From Faecousia sp. (GTDB lineage Bacteria; Bacillota; Clostridia; Oscillospirales; Oscillospiraceae): 64,000 bases of DNA. Made by a program: the position numbers and the translations under genes. Position 1 is the first letter of the stretch. Each line of letters opens with the position of its first letter. The notes under the pieces are model-generated. The model was not told where the DNA came from. It saw only the letters and a program-made list of their open reading frames with translations, and made no database searches. Shown piece after piece: positions 48,951 to 58,787 of the stretch. Location: NCBI GenBank assembly GCA_045646805.1, contig JAZRLK010000104.1, positions 1,704 to 65,703 on the forward strand. The letters run 5' to 3'.

Positions 48951-51900
48951 TTATGCAGCTATCGCATTTGCGTTTATGCTATCAATTATTTTTTTGATAC
49001 CAAACCACACCGTCATATCGGTAAACACTTCTACGATACTTCCATTATCCGTAAATGGAGCATCCTGCAAAACAGTCAAATCTTTCATGAGTCCGTTGTG
49101 AACGATATATTCCACAATCTGGTTCACAAAGTAGATCTGATTGCTGTCCAGGGTTGTGTCATTTAAGAACTCGGCAAAAGCTTCCTTGGCTGCATTCATA
49201 TCCAGACCCACGATTTCGCGTACAAACTCACCCAAAGGCTTGCTGCCGTATTCGTTTTCATAGTCTTGCTTTGTACCGATCTCGCTCCACAAAATACCCT
49301 CCAGCACCTTCAAATCTGCACTTGTCAGTGGCTGATTGGTCTTCAGCTTGGCAATGACAGCATTGTCCTGGTTTTGACGAATGTAGAACTCTGCTTTCAT
49401 CTTGTAATTCTTCAGATCATCATTTTCCAGTTCGGATTCATTCCAATCCATAGAAAGAATCTCGTCTGCCAGTATTCTTGTGTCAATAAGAACTCCCTTG
49501 TGAATAATGTACTTCATCAATCCGCGGAGCTTCTCGCGAATATTTTCAAACTCATTGATACCAGCGTCATCCACATAGCTGGTGTGCAGAATCTGATTGA
49601 TCAGCTCAGACTGGGCCGTAATCTCCGGAATATTACCAACAGATGCAATAAAGTTTACCCGTTTAAAAAGATCCGTTCTTGCCCGGGTGTAGGTTTTGCC
49701 AATCAAGTATGCCAACTCAATACCATACATCAGCGAATCAAAACGGACAGCACTTACTTCATCTGTATCCGGAAGAATTAGCGGCGCCAGCTCTTCCTGT
49801 ATTTGCAAGGTGTTTTCATAGGTAAGGGTGAGATAATTGTCGGGATTGGAATACAGTTCAACAAATTTCAGATGTTGGCGAACCGCAAAGTTCTCCTTAT
49901 TTAGTTCCTGCACTTTACGGACCATATCATCAACCAGTTCCTTGCGAAAAGCGATGAGATCAGGTGTCTGATAAGCAATATCCTGCAACTTATATGCAAT
50001 CTGCGCTTTCAAGCTGAAGATAGAACCTTGCAGCGGAAGCTGATTGGCGTTTGGTCTTCCCTCTTTGTGCATACGGAAGAACTCAAAGTTACCGCAGAAA
50101 TCGAAGATGTAGAACTTGTCCTTATCCGCCCCATCCTGCAATCCAGGACACAGACGGGTACCGCGTCCGATCATTTGCCAGAACTTTGCTTTACTCATAA
50201 CCTTTTTAAAGAAGACCAGATTCAAGCACTCCGGCACATCGATACCAGTGTCCAGCATATCCACAGAGATGGCAATCTGAGGTAACTTTCTCGGATCGGA
50301 GAAGTCATCGATCAGGCTCTGTGCGTAATTAATCTTGTTATCGATCACCTTGGCAAAGCCGGGCAGATGGGGATATTCTTTATTAAAGATTTCATAGATT
50401 TTCTCTGCGTGATTATGGTTTTTCGCAAAGATAATAGTCTTACCAAGCTTCTGCCCATAGTCGATTTTCAGACCTTCGGTCATCAAAATATGTAGTACCT
50501 GGCGAATGGTGTCAGCATTGAAGACCCACTCATTTAGCGCAGAGGACATGATCTTCTCGGGCAGTTCATCATTCTCATCTGCGAATTTTTCTTCGTACTC
50601 GGCTTTTTCCTCATCGGTCAGCTCATCATAGATGATGCCTTCCTCCAGAAATTTGAGCTTGGTCTCCACCGACATAAAGTCCACCAAATAGCCATCCTTG
50701 ACCGCCTGTGCCAGTTCGTAGCCATAGGTAGGTACACCGTTTTCCAGTTCAAAGACCTCATAGGTGTTCTTGTCGATCTCGTCCTTGGGGGTTGCGGTCA
50801 AGCCAACCAGCGGGGCATCGAAATAATTGAAGATATCCCGGTACTTGTTGTAAATAGATCGGTGCGCCTCGTCGCAGATCACCAAATCAAAATGACCGCA
50901 GGTGAAGAGCTTGCCATGCTCGTCCTTGACACTATCGATGCAGTTCATCATGGTCTGGTAGGTGGAGAACACGCAGTGGGCAGTGTAGTTGTCCTTCTCC
51001 TCGCACAGATTGGTGCAGGAGAGGTCGGGCAGCAAGTTGACGAAGCTGCGCTTTGCCTGGGTGACCAGGGAGTTGCGGTCAGCAAGGAACAGAATATTCT
51101 TCACCCAACCGTGCTGCAGCAGCACATCGCACAGAGCGATGACGGTACGGGTCTTACCGGAGCCGGTGGCCATCACCAGCAGTGCCTTGCGTCGGTTCTT
51201 CTTATCCAAAGCATCACAGACAGCCTTGATGGCGCCTTCCTGGTAGTAGCGGCCCGCAATGTGCTTCTTCACCATCACATTTTTGAGGGATACCCGCATG
51301 GTGCGCAGGTTGAACATCTTCTCCAAATCCCGCTTGGAGTAGATGGTGGCGCACTTGCGCTCCGGATATTGACCGTCGATGATGTGAGTCTCAAAGCCGT
51401 TGGTCAGGAAGATGGCCGGGCGGCGCTTATACTTCTTTTCCAGGATATCCGCATATAGCTCTGCCTGCTGACGGCCCTTGGAAACATCCACGCAAGTGCG
51501 CTTGGCTTCGATGACTGCCAACGGCTTGTGAGCATCGTCATAGAGGACATAGTCTGCAAAGCCTACCTCGCTCTTGTTAGGCATGCCGGGCAACTCTACC
51601 TCGTTGATCCAATCCTTGCCTTCCACCCAGCCTGCATCTTCCAGCATGGCATCAATGTAGAACTTCCGGGTTTCGTACTCGGAAATATCAAACGGCTTGG
51701 GCACATAGGTCTGCTGTTGTTCCTCACGGCGGGCTGTGAGCTGCTCTTTCAGCTTCTTGTTTTCCTCGATCAACGCAGCCAAGTCTATACTGTCATTGCG
51801 AGCCGATTCTTGAACCGGCGTGGCAATCCGTTCTCCACTGTCATTGCGAGCCAGTGCGGACACTGGCGTGGCAATCTCCTGAACGATTGTGGGATTGAAT

Positions 51901-52298
51901 TTCGTCTCCACATACTCATCCGCATAACAGTAGGCCACAAAGTCCAGGAAAATGTGCAGATTCTCAAGGCAGAGCATCGCCACCGCCTCTGTGATCTTTC
52001 CGGTATTATGGGCAGCAGTGTTGCCCTTCTTGCGAATAAAGTCCATCCGCTGCCAAAGATCATTACCCACGATGGCGCGGAATTCCTCCCTGGACATCAG
52101 ACTCTGGAGGTTGTCCTGGTAGGGCATTTCCAGTTCCTTATCCACGGAGTACATCCACTTCACGGCAAACTCCATTGCCCGCCGACAATTGAGAATGCTT
52201 GCCGCCGGATCAATATGTAAGATCTTCTCCGCCGCAATAGCCACATCCGCGAAGGATGCAAACCCCGGCTCAGAGAGTAGGAATTTGAAGTTGGACAT
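48951..52298 (-). CDS. hsdR: Type I restriction enzyme R subunit
   Basis: ADYVL...IEAK nuclease, MATGSGKT, DEAH, TATP, QMIGRGTR; terminator hairpin 48880-48912. Confidence 0.93.
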   Translation of the reverse strand: MSNFKFLLSEPGFASFADVAIAAEKILHIDPAASILNCRRAMEFAVKWMYSVDKELEMPYQDNLQSLMSREEFRAIVGNDLWQRMDFIRKKGNTAAHNTGKITEAVAMLCLENLHIFLDFVAYCYADEYVETKFNPTIVQEIATPVSALARNDSGERIATPVQESARNDSIDLAALIEENKKLKEQLTARREEQQQTYVPKPFDISEYETRKFYIDAMLEDAGWVEGKDWINEVELPGMPNKSEVGFADYVLYDDAHKPLAVIEAKRTCVDVSKGRQQAELYADILEKKYKRRPAIFLTNGFETHIIDGQYPERKCATIYSKRDLEKMFNLRTMRVSLKNVMVKKHIAGRYYQEGAIKAVCDALDKKNRRKALLVMATGSGKTRTVIALCDVLLQHGWVKNILFLADRNSLVTQAKRSFVNLLPDLSCTNLCEEKDNYTAHCVFSTYQTMMNCIDSVKDEHGKLFTCGHFDLVICDEAHRSIYNKYRDIFNYFDAPLVGLTATPKDEIDKNTYEVFELENGVPTYGYELAQAVKDGYLVDFMSVETKLKFLEEGIIYDELTDEEKAEYEEKFADENDELPEKIMSSALNEWVFNADTIRQVLHILMTEGLKIDYGQKLGKTIIFAKNHNHAEKIYEIFNKEYPHLPGFAKVIDNKINYAQSLIDDFSDPRKLPQIAISVDMLDTGIDVPECLNLVFFKKVMSKAKFWQMIGRGTRLCPGLQDGADKDKFYIFDFCGNFEFFRMHKEGRPNANQLPLQGSIFSLKAQIAYKLQDIAYQTPDLIAFRKELVDDMVRKVQELNKENFAVRQHLKFVELYSNPDNYLTLTYENTLQIQEELAPLILPDTDEVSAVRFDSLMYGIELAYLIGKTYTRARTDLFKRVNFIASVGNIPEITAQSELINQILHTSYVDDAGINEFENIREKLRGLMKYIIHKGVLIDTRILADEILSMDWNESELENDDLKNYKMKAEFYIRQNQDNAVIAKLKTNQPLTSADLKVLEGILWSEIGTKQDYENEYGSKPLGEFVREIVGLDMNAAKEAFAEFLNDTTLDSNQIYFVNQIVEYIVHNGLMKDLTVLQDAPFTDNGSIVEVFTDMTVWFGIKKIIDSINANAIAA
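51790..51876. repeat. Two tandem REP-like palindromes in frame within hsdR
   Basis: ctgtcattgcgagcc...ggcgtggcaatc at 51790-51828 and 51838-51876 (48-bp period); encode IATPVSALARNDS / IATPVQESARNDS. Confidence 0.85.
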
Positions 52299-52308
52299 AA
52301 AAGTCACC

Positions 52309-53151
52309 TCACAAAAGTTGCATATCTCCATCGATAATCTGTGCAGTACTTAAACATATATTGCAGAATTTTTCACCAAAAGCCGTCAGTCTGACAATGT
52401 GTTCTTCTACTTCACATTTTTCATAACCATTTTTCTTTGCTAATTCCACATCATTGTATTGCGCAAATTGCGGATCAGCTTTCAAAGGTTCATATCTAGA
52501 TTTGTCAATAAAGGCGTTTCCTCTTTCTCTTTCTACGAGACCCAACCGAACCAAATTATCAATGTACTGTTCTCCATTATTGATTTGTTCGCAATTGGCC
52601 AATGCTGGTACATTGGTGAATTCTTGGATGGCATTCACTCCACCCTTTTTATAGTCATTATATGCATATCGCAAACTAATGGTAGGAATGGATGTATTGG
52701 TTTTCATATACTTGAGGAATTTTGCTTCATCGGGTGACAATTGCTTAATTATCTCAACAAAACCAGGATGCACACCGTTTTTAACAACACTATTCATAGA
52801 ATTAGCCAAGAGGTTTGCATACATGTCCCTAAGTTCCTCGTTATCCATACAGTAACTAATGTACTGCAATGCCGGAACGGCAATATGCGGTTCTGGCGGG
52901 GTAATAAAGGCAGGGGTAATATTCTGTAATTTAATTTCCAGGAGTTTTTGGGTTTCAGCTACATTATATTCTCGTTGCAGCACCCATTTTTCTACTGGTG
53001 CAAGAGCTGCTTTAATTGCACGGGGAACTAAACCTGCGAGTTGACCTGTTGGTTTTGCAATTGGTCTTCCGATGTCGACATAAGCATCTTTTGCAACCTC
53101 TTTTACCGCTTCCTTAGCTATCTCCAAAGCTTGTCCGTTCTCATTATCCAT
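52309..53151 (-). CDS. DUF4393 / Abi-alpha-like protein
   Basis: LRDMYANLLA...HPGFVEIIKQLSPDEA...DNL.RLGL...LT.FG.KF...C pattern. Confidence 0.75.
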   Translation of the reverse strand: MDNENGQALEIAKEAVKEVAKDAYVDIGRPIAKPTGQLAGLVPRAIKAALAPVEKWVLQREYNVAETQKLLEIKLQNITPAFITPPEPHIAVPALQYISYCMDNEELRDMYANLLANSMNSVVKNGVHPGFVEIIKQLSPDEAKFLKYMKTNTSIPTISLRYAYNDYKKGGVNAIQEFTNVPALANCEQINNGEQYIDNLVRLGLVERERGNAFIDKSRYEPLKADPQFAQYNDVELAKKNGYEKCEVEEHIVRLTAFGEKFCNICLSTAQIIDGDMQLL

Positions 53152-53203
53152 TTTCTATTTCATCTCTCTTTCTACTTCGCAACAACTTGTATTTCGCAAG
53201 ATA

Positions 53204-53536
53204 TTATTTTTGTCCTGTTTTCTCCCTTATTGTCTTCTCAAGGTACTCCTGTCCAGCTTGGGATGTCATAAACGCCTGCAACACCGAATTAAGCATATTT
53301 CCACCAATTTGGCCACCTGCTTGTATTGTTAGCCTCTCCATTTGCTGTCTGTGCTCCAGTTCCATTTTTTCCTTTTCCATCTTAAACTTTTCGCGTTCAG
53401 CCTCTAAATCAAGCTCGTGCTGTTTCTGTAGCTTTAGAATTTCAGTTTTTGCCTGTCTGCGTGCTGCAAAATAACTGCCAAAACCGGAAATCAACGAGCA
53501 GAGGACTGTCACAATGTACGGCAAATATTCTTTCAT
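53204..53536 (-). CDS. Small TM + coiled-coil hypothetical protein
   Basis: N-terminal hydrophobic helix then E/K-rich helix; between hsdS and the Abi-alpha-like gene. Confidence 0.65.
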   Translation of the reverse strand: MKEYLPYIVTVLCSLISGFGSYFAARRQAKTEILKLQKQHELDLEAEREKFKMEKEKMELEHRQQMERLTIQAGGQIGGNMLNSVLQAFMTSQAGQEYLEKTIREKTGQK

Positions 53537-53546
53537 ATCTAACATC

Positions 53547-54632
53547 TCACCCAAAGTATTCCTGCATTAGGGATTTTTTCAGCAATTCCAGTTTGTCGAG
53601 GCTCTGCTGGATTGCCAATTTTGATTTGTCGGTCTGTTCGACGAAGGTTGCAAATTGATTTTGCAATTCAATTGGCGGCACATAACCATGCAATTTTCGT
53701 ATCTTACCTTGGAACAGATTAGCCTGCGAAGATTGCGTTGCAGATTGTGCAATCTGTTGCTGCAGATCATCCGAAGTTATCAACCACTCGGCAAAAACAG
53801 GATTGATAGTTTCATCAAATCGAATCAATGCCGCACTTCTAACCATTTGAAATTTGAGTCCATCTGGCACAACACAACATCTTCCAATACTGCCAGAACA
53901 AGAGATTAACACATCACCTGCTTTCGGGATAACTCGACGAGCAATGCGGTTGTACTCATCTTCATCGATATAATCCACATCATTCAATTGAAGCATATGG
54001 TTTAGAACGTTACGGGCAGATAAAAGATATATTCCCTTGTCTGTACGGCGTGGAGTAGCATGTTCGCCATCAGTAATGAGTATGCTGATTTCGTCGAAAT
54101 TCTTAATTGGATAACCATAGGGGTTTGTCGACACATCACCAAACAGTTCGATAAATTGGGATTTCACCAACTGATCCAGCTTCGCAAGCTGCTCTTTCCG
54201 CAGTGTAATCAGTTCTCCGATTTTATCTAATGTATCAACGATTTTCTGTTGTTCATCTACATTAGGAAGCGGAATGTTCACTTCTTTCAGCCACTTAAAG
54301 TGACGATTATATCCCGTATTTGGAATATTGGCACTGGAAAGCACATAATACAAATACTTATAGTTAGGGTTTGCAATCTTTGACTTTAAGAGTTTTACGC
54401 CATCTGCACCAAGAAAACATGGAGTATCCACATATTTCAATACCCTAGTATGGTCTCCAAAGATAATTGCTGGAACATCTGTAAACAGGCCATCTGTTTC
54501 ATCCGTATAGCCTGCAATTGCACTTTGACCTTGATCGATAATAGGATGCACTCCTGTTTCGTGGTAATCGCTTGTAGGAATTTTGCGACCTTGCTTAGTC
54601 ACATCTTCAAATACATCTGTAAAGATTGCCAT
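53547..54632 (-). CDS. hsdS: Type I R-M specificity subunit
   Basis: Two TRDs, IPLP..EQ and VPPIELQ conserved regions; TGATG coupling to hsdM. Confidence 0.9.
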   Translation of the reverse strand: MAIFTDVFEDVTKQGRKIPTSDYHETGVHPIIDQGQSAIAGYTDETDGLFTDVPAIIFGDHTRVLKYVDTPCFLGADGVKLLKSKIANPNYKYLYYVLSSANIPNTGYNRHFKWLKEVNIPLPNVDEQQKIVDTLDKIGELITLRKEQLAKLDQLVKSQFIELFGDVSTNPYGYPIKNFDEISILITDGEHATPRRTDKGIYLLSARNVLNHMLQLNDVDYIDEDEYNRIARRVIPKAGDVLISCSGSIGRCCVVPDGLKFQMVRSAALIRFDETINPVFAEWLITSDDLQQQIAQSATQSSQANLFQGKIRKLHGYVPPIELQNQFATFVEQTDKSKLAIQQSLDKLELLKKSLMQEYFG

Positions 54633-56179
54633 CACAGCATCTCCTCCAATTCGGAAAGGCCTGCGGTGATCTGCATTTCCAGTTCGTGCAGGTCGGCCAG
54701 AATCTCGGTGGTGGAGGGGTACTCCACGGCCACATACTGGGTCTTCTTATACTTATTGATGGACAGATCATAGCCGTTTTCCACGATCTCGTCTTTGGGG
54801 ACGAAGAAGGATTTTGCGGTGCGGGGGTTATTCTCTTCGGCATAAGGGGACGGATTGCCACAGCCAGTGTGCGCACTGGCTTCGCAATGACAGTGGATAG
54901 AACGGAAACGGGCGATGATATCGGGGATATCGTTGTCTTTGATTTCAGAACGCTTATCGTCCAAAGAGAAGCCGTCGGCGGTCATGTCGTAAAACCAGAC
55001 CTTGTCCGTGCCGCCGTGGCCGGTCTTGGTGAAGATCAGAATACCGGTGGACACACCTGCGTAAGGCTTGAACACACCGCTGGGCATGGAGATCACCGCC
55101 TCCAAGCGGTTGCCCTCCACCAGTTCCTTTCGGATAGCCTTGTGGGCGGTAGAAGAACCAAACAGAACACCGTCCGGAACAATGCAGGCACACCGTCCGC
55201 CGGTCTTCAGCATCCGCAGGAACAGCGCCAGGAACAGCAGCTCCGTCTTCTTAGTCTTGCAGACCTTTAAGAGGTCAGCAGACACAGTATCCGCATCCAG
55301 GCTGCCCTTGAAGGGAGGATTGGCAAGGATCAAGTCGAACTTTTCCTTATCCGGATTCTGATCACTGAGGCTGTCCCGGTACTCAATGAAGGGGCTGTCC
55401 ACACCGTGAGTCATCATATTCATAGCACCGATACGGAGCATAGTCCGGTCCATATCATAGCCAAAGAACATATGGTTCAGGAAGTGATCCTTCTTGACCC
55501 GGTCGAAGAAAATTTCCTTCTTGTGGTTCTCCATCAGATATTCTTCCGAAGCAACCAGGAAGCCGGCTGTACCGCAAGCAGGGTCGCAGATGGTAAAGTC
55601 GGGCTTGGGCTGCATCAGTTCCACCATCATCTTGATGATATGGCGAGGGGTACGGAACTGGCCGTTCAGACCGGACTGGGCAATCTTGGAGAGCAGGTAT
55701 TCATAGACATCGCCACGGATGTCGCTGTCTTTTACTTTCTCCATTTGGTCATAAATCTGATCCAGGCTGTCCACAACCTTGCTCAGCAGCAGAGGGGTGG
55801 GCAACTTGAAGATTGCATCGCCCATGTACTTGGAGTAGGCGCTATCCTTGCCGCCACCCAGGTTCTTGATAAAGGGGAACACCCATTCCTGCATGACAGA
55901 ATACATTCTGCTTGCATCAAAATCATGGAACACAGACCATTTTAACTGTTTACCGTCGATCTTTCTATCCCCCACCTGCACCTCGTCTGCAAAGATGCTC
56001 TTGAAGGGCAGACCTAGCATAGCACTCTCCTTGGCACGGAGGTTATCGGTGGTATCCAGATCATGGATGAACATCAAGTAGGTAATCTGCTCGATCACAT
56101 CCAAAGGGTTTACCAAGCCGCCTGCAGCAAATATATCCCACAAGCCATCAATTCTATTTTTTAGTTCTCCTGTGATCAT
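54632..56179 (-). CDS. hsdM: Type I R-M methyltransferase
   Basis: GQFRTP, DPACGTAGF, NPPF. Confidence 0.93.
   Translation of the reverse strand: MITGELKNRIDGLWDIFAAGGLVNPLDVIEQITYLMFIHDLDTTDNLRAKESAMLGLPFKSIFADEVQVGDRKIDGKQLKWSVFHDFDASRMYSVMQEWVFPFIKNLGGGKDSAYSKYMGDAIFKLPTPLLLSKVVDSLDQIYDQMEKVKDSDIRGDVYEYLLSKIAQSGLNGQFRTPRHIIKMMVELMQPKPDFTICDPACGTAGFLVASEEYLMENHKKEIFFDRVKKDHFLNHMFFGYDMDRTMLRIGAMNMMTHGVDSPFIEYRDSLSDQNPDKEKFDLILANPPFKGSLDADTVSADLLKVCKTKKTELLFLALFLRMLKTGGRCACIVPDGVLFGSSTAHKAIRKELVEGNRLEAVISMPSGVFKPYAGVSTGILIFTKTGHGGTDKVWFYDMTADGFSLDDKRSEIKDNDIPDIIARFRSIHCHCEASAHTGCGNPSPYAEENNPRTAKSFFVPKDEIVENGYDLSINKYKKTQYVAVEYPSTTEILADLHELEMQITAGLSELEEML
54853..54893. repeat. REP-like palindrome in frame within hsdM, opposite orientation to the hsdR copies
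   Basis: gattgccacagccagtgtgcgcactggcttcgcaatgacag; encodes CHCEASAHTGCGN. Confidence 0.85.
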
Positions 56180-56219
56180 CTTGCGTATTCTCCTAATAAT
56201 TTATATATGATACTTTGTT

Positions 56220-56825
56220 TTATAAATCTTCTGTTTTGAAGGTTGTGTAACCCTCGTAGTAGTAGCTGTGGTCGATGCCCTTCATATAGACCTCGCGGCT
56301 ATGGATATCGTCAGTGAGGGCATTTTTCAGAATATATTTGATCTCGATATCCTTAATAGGACTGCGCTCCATCGCAAGCAGGTAGTCCTCTTTATCTACT
56401 TTGCTCCAGTCCACTACCCTACCGATCTCCTTCTTAAAGATACAATCCAGCCAGATGCGTGTGCTTCTGCCGTTACCTTCACGGAAGGGATGGGCGATAT
56501 TCATTTCCACATACTTTTCCACGATCTCGTCAAAGGTGGATTGAGGCATCTTGTCGATGTTGGCAAGTGCTGCTTCCAGATACATCATCGGAGCAAAACG
56601 AAAGTTGCCCTTTGCGATATTCACGGTGCGAAGCTCGCCGGCAAAGTCATAGATCTCGTCAAAGAGATACTTATGAATAGCCTTCAGGGTCGCAAACGTA
56701 CCGGGCTCCAAGCTGTCCAGTACGCCGTTTTCAAAAAGCTCTGCCGCTTTCTTCTTGCTGATGCGTTCCTCCGCTTCTGCAAGCTCCGGAGAGCTTGTAA
56801 TGCCAAGTTTATTTTCCAGTGCCAT
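56220..56825 (-). CDS. fic: Fic protein, class III (auto-inhibited)
   Basis: HPFREGNGRSTR plus C-terminal SYYYEG inhibitory motif; start at MALENK. Confidence 0.88.
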   Translation of the reverse strand: MALENKLGITSSPELAEAEERISKKKAAELFENGVLDSLEPGTFATLKAIHKYLFDEIYDFAGELRTVNIAKGNFRFAPMMYLEAALANIDKMPQSTFDEIVEKYVEMNIAHPFREGNGRSTRIWLDCIFKKEIGRVVDWSKVDKEDYLLAMERSPIKDIEIKYILKNALTDDIHSREVYMKGIDHSYYYEGYTTFKTEDL

Positions 56826-56826
56826 C

Positions 56827-57048
56827 TTATTTATCCCCCTTCGCTTCATCGGGGACGAACTCCATAATGTCGTCCACGTTGCAACCAAGGGCCGCACAAA
56901 CCTTGCCAAGGGTGTCCACCTGGACAGATTCGTTCCGTCCCATCTTCGCCATAGCGTTGGAGGTGATGCCGGACATCTTTACAAGCTCTGTCTTTTTTAG
57001 TCCTCTATCTATAAGTAATTTCCATAATTTATTATAACTGATAGCCAT
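56827..57048 (-). CDS. XRE/Cro-C1 HTH regulator
   Basis: ISYNKLWKLLID...C..L.C...DIME. Confidence 0.88.
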   Translation of the reverse strand: MAISYNKLWKLLIDRGLKKTELVKMSGITSNAMAKMGRNESVQVDTLGKVCAALGCNVDDIMEFVPDEAKGDK

Positions 57049-57311
57049 AGGAAACCTCCTAAGATGTTATTTACTAATATTATACCACATGGCGATTAAT
57101 GGCGCAACATTTATTCAAGTAAAAATTGAGTTTTTCAAGCAGCAACAAAACGGCTAATCTCGAAAAGCACGAAAAAAACACAGAAAGCACAGGAAAAACT
57201 CTGCTTTTTACGGGAATTAATCATTTTATAGCATGAGTATTTATAGAAAAATACTATACCCATTGAGTCATTATATATAAAAAACCAAGGAGAGAATTTA
57301 CTTTATACAAT

Positions 57312-57349
57312 TAAGCCGCAAACGGGTGCTCATACCGTTTGCGGCTTTT
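57312..57349. terminator. Terminator ending the hydrolase cluster
   Basis: aagccgcaaacgg...ccgtttgcggctt. Confidence 0.7.
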
Positions 57350-57432
57350 TACAATACCATGTAAAATTTAATTTTCTAATATCTCTCAATCATAAGGCCA
57401 CATACATTTAATATATTTATGTATATTAAAAA

Positions 57433-58782
57433 TTAGGCACCAAAATCATTTACGCCCCAAAGTTTCGCTATTTCCTTAGGGATAATGGTATTGTTCTTTT
57501 TAAAATTGCGAAATACTTCTGCACCCTGACCGTAGGCAAAAATGGGCACGCGGGAATCAGTGTGGCTACTCTGCGTAAATTCCGGCCACCCATCATCGTC
57601 ATAGGTCAAGCCGCCGGTTTCGTGGTCTGCGGTGATCAGCAACAGGGTATCGGGATTGTAAAATGCGTACTCCATAAATGCGGCAATAGCCTGATTGAAT
57701 CGTACCATTCTTTCGCAAGCGCCATCTACATTCATGTTATGGCTTTCCTTGTCGATATGGCCCTCCTCGTACATAAGGAAAAACCCGTTTTCCGACTGTT
57801 CCAGCTGTACGAGCACTTCCATAATGGGCTTGCGAATATTTTTAGAACCATCCAAATTACAGAAAAGCAAAGTGCCTGCCTCACGGATCACTTCCTGACT
57901 TGCCAGGATCGCATCTACATTATCCCGGCCGTCTGCGTGGGCAGAAAATCCAGCCGGTGTCGCACCGGTAGGGCCTTCGGTGGACATCACCGCTGTAGCC
58001 ATCCCCAGAGAGTTGGCCAATTCTGTCAGCGATTGCAAATCGTTCAGTTCTTCGTCTTTACCCACATAACCATTGATGGTCTTGTAGCCGGTTGCCAAAG
58101 CCGTGGCAGCGGCAGCGCTATCCGTGGTTCCCGACAAAGAAGTTGTGCGCACCTCGCCCTGATAGGGCAGGTAATAGCCATAGAAACGGTCTTCCATATC
58201 ATTTTCCTGATCGATATATTCCATTTCTATATAGTTATCAAATAGCAGGGTATGGTTTTTGCCCATACCGTCACCAATCAGGAATATAAAATTGTTGGCT
58301 TCTTCTGTAATTGGGGAATGAATGGATACTTCCTTGGGTACAGTGCTGTCAAAATCATTTCCGGGTATATAGGTTTCCACAAAGAAATAGGCTGCGGCAG
58401 CTATAATGAAATAGTCGCCCTCCATAGCAATATGCTTTCTGTCCGCCAGTATGGCAAAATTCACATTTTCCGTATCCGCCTCCAACTTTTGGGACAGCTT
58501 GCGGTCTGTTTCACCGACAATAATCTCGTTTTTATAGCTGCCGGATTGGGTAGTTTTCACTTCCAGTGTCACACCGGTACGCTCAGCGATTTGGGCCTGT
58601 ATGTATTCCGCTGCCCGCTGGTTGTAGGCCGGTTCTGTTTCGGAATAGACGATGGTATAGGAAGAAATTGCTCTGCCATTGAGGGTGGGATCATCCGAGG
58701 AAGGAGTACAGCCAGAAAGAAGGGAGAGCATTATCATGATTGAAATTATAAAGCATAGAAGTTTTTTCATAACACTTTTCAT
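57433..58782 (-). CDS. Alkaline phosphatase lipoprotein with extra N-terminal domain
   Basis: Lipobox LSGC; IGDGMG, TDSAA, EEG.ID..SH, TADHETGG. Confidence 0.85.
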   Translation of the reverse strand: MKSVMKKLLCFIISIMIMLSLLSGCTPSSDDPTLNGRAISSYTIVYSETEPAYNQRAAEYIQAQIAERTGVTLEVKTTQSGSYKNEIIVGETDRKLSQKLEADTENVNFAILADRKHIAMEGDYFIIAAAAYFFVETYIPGNDFDSTVPKEVSIHSPITEEANNFIFLIGDGMGKNHTLLFDNYIEMEYIDQENDMEDRFYGYYLPYQGEVRTTSLSGTTDSAAAATALATGYKTINGYVGKDEELNDLQSLTELANSLGMATAVMSTEGPTGATPAGFSAHADGRDNVDAILASQEVIREAGTLLFCNLDGSKNIRKPIMEVLVQLEQSENGFFLMYEEGHIDKESHNMNVDGACERMVRFNQAIAAFMEYAFYNPDTLLLITADHETGGLTYDDDGWPEFTQSSHTDSRVPIFAYGQGAEVFRNFKKNNTIIPKEIAKLWGVNDFGA

Positions 58783-58787
58783 ATCCT

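Larger units (their letters stand above)
26405..57250. mobile_element. Accessory island inserted in cotJC; right end uncertain, may extend beyond the window
   Basis: Sharp cotJC junction, duplicated end motif at 48012-48110, R-M/Abi/Fic/IS cargo; no integrase and no cotJC 3' part found in the window. Confidence 0.55.

Noticed and set aside
53547-54632. Phase-variable hsdS shufflon
   Set aside because: Single hsdS, with no silent TRDs or adjacent invertase
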